NCBI GenBank assembly: GCA_049973045.1
Contig: JBMFJZ010000001.1
Coordinates: 473,363 to 537,362, forward strand
Direction of reading: 5' to 3'
Origin: Bacteroidota bacterium
GTDB lineage: Bacteria; Bacteroidota; Ignavibacteria; 0-14-0-80-59-12
Length of the DNA: 64,000 nt
Shown here in pieces: positions 62,340 to 64,000 of the stretch. The position numbers and the translations under genes are program-made. The notes beneath the pieces were generated by a model, which saw nothing but the letters and a program-made list of their open reading frames with translations, was not told the origin of the DNA and ran no database searches. Numbering within the stretch: the first letter of the stretch is position 1; the number at the start of each line of letters is the position of its first letter.

Positions 62340-64000
62340 TTACATACTCAATGCCTCACGGAGGAAGCGGGCTGTATAAGATTTTTCAACATTTATAATT
62401 TCTTCAGGAGGTCCCTCCGCAACAATGTATCCCCCTGCGTCCCCGCCTTCTGGTCCAAGATCAATGATCCAATCAGCCGTCTTAATAACGTCCATGTTAT
62501 GTTCGATGACGATCACCGTATTCCCCCTGTCAACAAGTTTGTTGAGCACTGCAAGGAGCATTCGAACGTCTTCGAAATGAAGCCCTGTAGTAGGTTCGTC
62601 GAGAATGTATAGAGTCTTACCTGTGCTCACTTTCGAAAGCTCGGTTGAAAGCTTTACGCGCTGAGCCTCTCCGCCGCTTAATGTTGTAGCTTGTTGCCCC
62701 AATCGAATGTAACCCATGCCGACATCATGGAGTGTTTCCAGCTTTCTACGAACCGCCGGGATATCCGCGAAAAATTCAAGTGCTTCAGTTACTGTCATAT
62801 TCAAAACATCGGCAATAGATTTCCCCTTGTAAAGAACTTCAAGGGTCTCTTTATTGTAGCGTTTACCCCCACATGCATCGCATAGAACATACACGTCAGG
62901 AAGAAAATTCATTTCGATTTTCTTGACACCGTCTCCATCGCATTCTTCGCACCGTCCACCTCTTACATTGAAACTAAATCGACCCGGCGAGTAGCCGCGC
63001 ATTTTCGCTTCCGGAAGCTGAGCAAAGAGATCCCGGATAGAGGTGAACAAACCAGTGTATGTAGCTGGATTTGACCGTGGTGTTCTACCGATTGGCGATT
63101 GATCGACGTTAACAACACGCTTTAGGTGCTCAATACCCTCAATGCTTTTATAAGGAAGCGGAATTTCTTTCGACTTATAAAATTCCCGCGCAAGAATCGG
63201 ATACAGTGTCTCAGTTATCAGTGACGATTTTCCTGAGCCGCTCACACCTGTAACACAAATGAATACACCCAATGGGAAGCGCACATCGATGGACTTCAAA
63301 TTGTTGCCGGAAGCTTTCCTGAGAACCAGACTTTTGCCGCTACCCGTTCTCCGCAAAGGAGGCGGCAGAATCTTCCTCGCACCGCTCAGATACTCCAGTG
63401 TTAACGAGCCTAAAGTACCTCCATCACCGCCTAATTTGCTTCGACGGACAAGCTCTCGTGGCGAACCGGTAACTACGACATACCCACCATGCTCCCCTGC
63501 CCTCGGTCCAAGATCAACAATGAAGTCTGCGTTCTGGATCATTTCGCGATCATGTTCAACCACCATCACAGTGTTGCCAAGATCGCGCAGTTCTTTCAAT
63601 GAACGAATGAGTCTCAGGTTATCCCGTTGGTGAAGACCGATACTTGGCTCATCGAGCACGTAGAGAACCCCAACGAGCTGTGAGCCGATCTGAGTCGCAA
63701 GCCGTATACGCTGTGCCTCACCGCCTGAAAGAGTACGAGACGGTCGATCGAGTGTGAGATAATCAAGTCCAACATCCACAAGAAATTTCAGTCGCTGCTG
63801 AATCTCCTTCACAATCTGTCGAGCAATCTCCTCCTGGCGGGGCTTCAACGCAAGGGTTTGAAAATAGAGATATGCTTGATTAATCGGCATGCTCACAATG
63901 TCAAAAATGTTCTTCTTCTCACCCGTCGCTGCATCAACAAGTCTGATTGCCAAGCTTTCTTTCTTCAGGCGGCCGCCACCGCATGTTGGGCACGCCTTCG
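62340..64000 (-). CDS. uvrA: Excinuclease ABC subunit A, C-terminal portion (gene start lies beyond window end)
   Basis: Two ABC signature/Walker regions and UvrA zinc-finger Cys pairs; C-terminal [20 protein letters not shown]. The ORF continues past 64000. Confidence 0.9.
   Translation of the reverse strand, partial: KACPTCGGGRLKKESLAIRLVDAATGEKKNIFDIVSMPINQAYLYFQTLALKPRQEEIARQIVKEIQQRLKFLVDVGLDYLTLDRPSRTLSGGEAQRIRLATQIGSQLVGVLYVLDEPSIGLHQRDNLRLIRSLKELRDLGNTVMVVEHDREMIQNADFIVDLGPRAGEHGGYVVVTGSPRELVRRSKLGGDGGTLGSLTLEYLSGARKILPPPLRRTGSGKSLVLRKASGNNLKSIDVRFPLGVFICVTGVSGSGKSSLITETLYPILAREFYKSKEIPLPYKSIEGIEHLKRVVNVDQSPIGRTPRSNPATYTGLFTSIRDLFAQLPEAKMRGYSPGRFSFNVRGGRCEECDGDGVKKIEMNFLPDVYVLCDACGGKRYNKETLEVLYKGKSIADVLNMTVTEALEFFADIPAVRRKLETLHDVGMGYIRLGQQATTLSGGEAQRVKLSTELSKVSTGKTLYILDEPTTGLHFEDVRMLLAVLNKLVDRGNTVIVIEHNMDVIKTADWIIDLGPEGGDAGGYIVAEGPPEEIINVEKSYTARFLREALSM

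Overview
This 64 kb window is a mostly core-genome chromosomal segment, densely coding, from a bacterium that looks like the FCB group (Chlorobi/Ignavibacteria-like). The features pointing there are AGGAGG-type ribosome-binding sites, RNase Y, a BshA glycosyltransferase, sphingolipid genes and a multiheme cytochrome. I found no rRNA, CRISPR array or obvious mobile element.

I can support about 57 CDS and 5 tRNAs (Leu-CAA, Val-GAC, Leu-TAA, Cys-GCA, Gly-GCC). Recognisable blocks, in window order:
- An iscR-like regulator, a small unknown gene, sod and sufCBD, with a sufS start at the window edge.
- hbd and ackA.
- yigZ, divergent from bshA.
- pcrA, ogt, lysE, and a 1234-aa outer-membrane protein.
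- glcD, a rhomboid protease and glcF.
- nadB, argD, coaE, rny, zapA.
- The classical thrS-infC-rpmI-rplT-pheST cluster.
- A four-tRNA cluster, a membrane multiheme cytochrome c, glgA and a gmhB-like phosphatase.
- A lipoprotein plus FadL-like porin, rpiB, glyA, tatC, a polyprenyl synthase, uspA, ilvE.
- The C-terminal part of uvrA.

Two regions look accessory or novel:
- 59.3-62.0 kb: a MauE-like CGCFG membrane protein, a 71-aa signal-peptide cysteine-rich peptide, a beta-propeller lipoprotein and a membrane-anchored TlpA/MauD-like CxxC thioredoxin. I read this as a candidate dedicated oxidative-folding system for a disulfide-rich secreted peptide.
- 50.8-54.4 kb: a sphingolipid locus. It has a serine palmitoyltransferase with strongly Spt-like motifs, a divergent NAD-dependent epimerase/reductase that is a CerR candidate, and a GNAT-fold acyltransferase that is a bacterial ceramide synthase candidate.

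The 357-bp non-coding gap downstream of zapA is a candidate 6S RNA locus. Gene starts marked TTG or GTG in the ORF track were re-evaluated and moved to downstream ATG codons where an RBS supports it.
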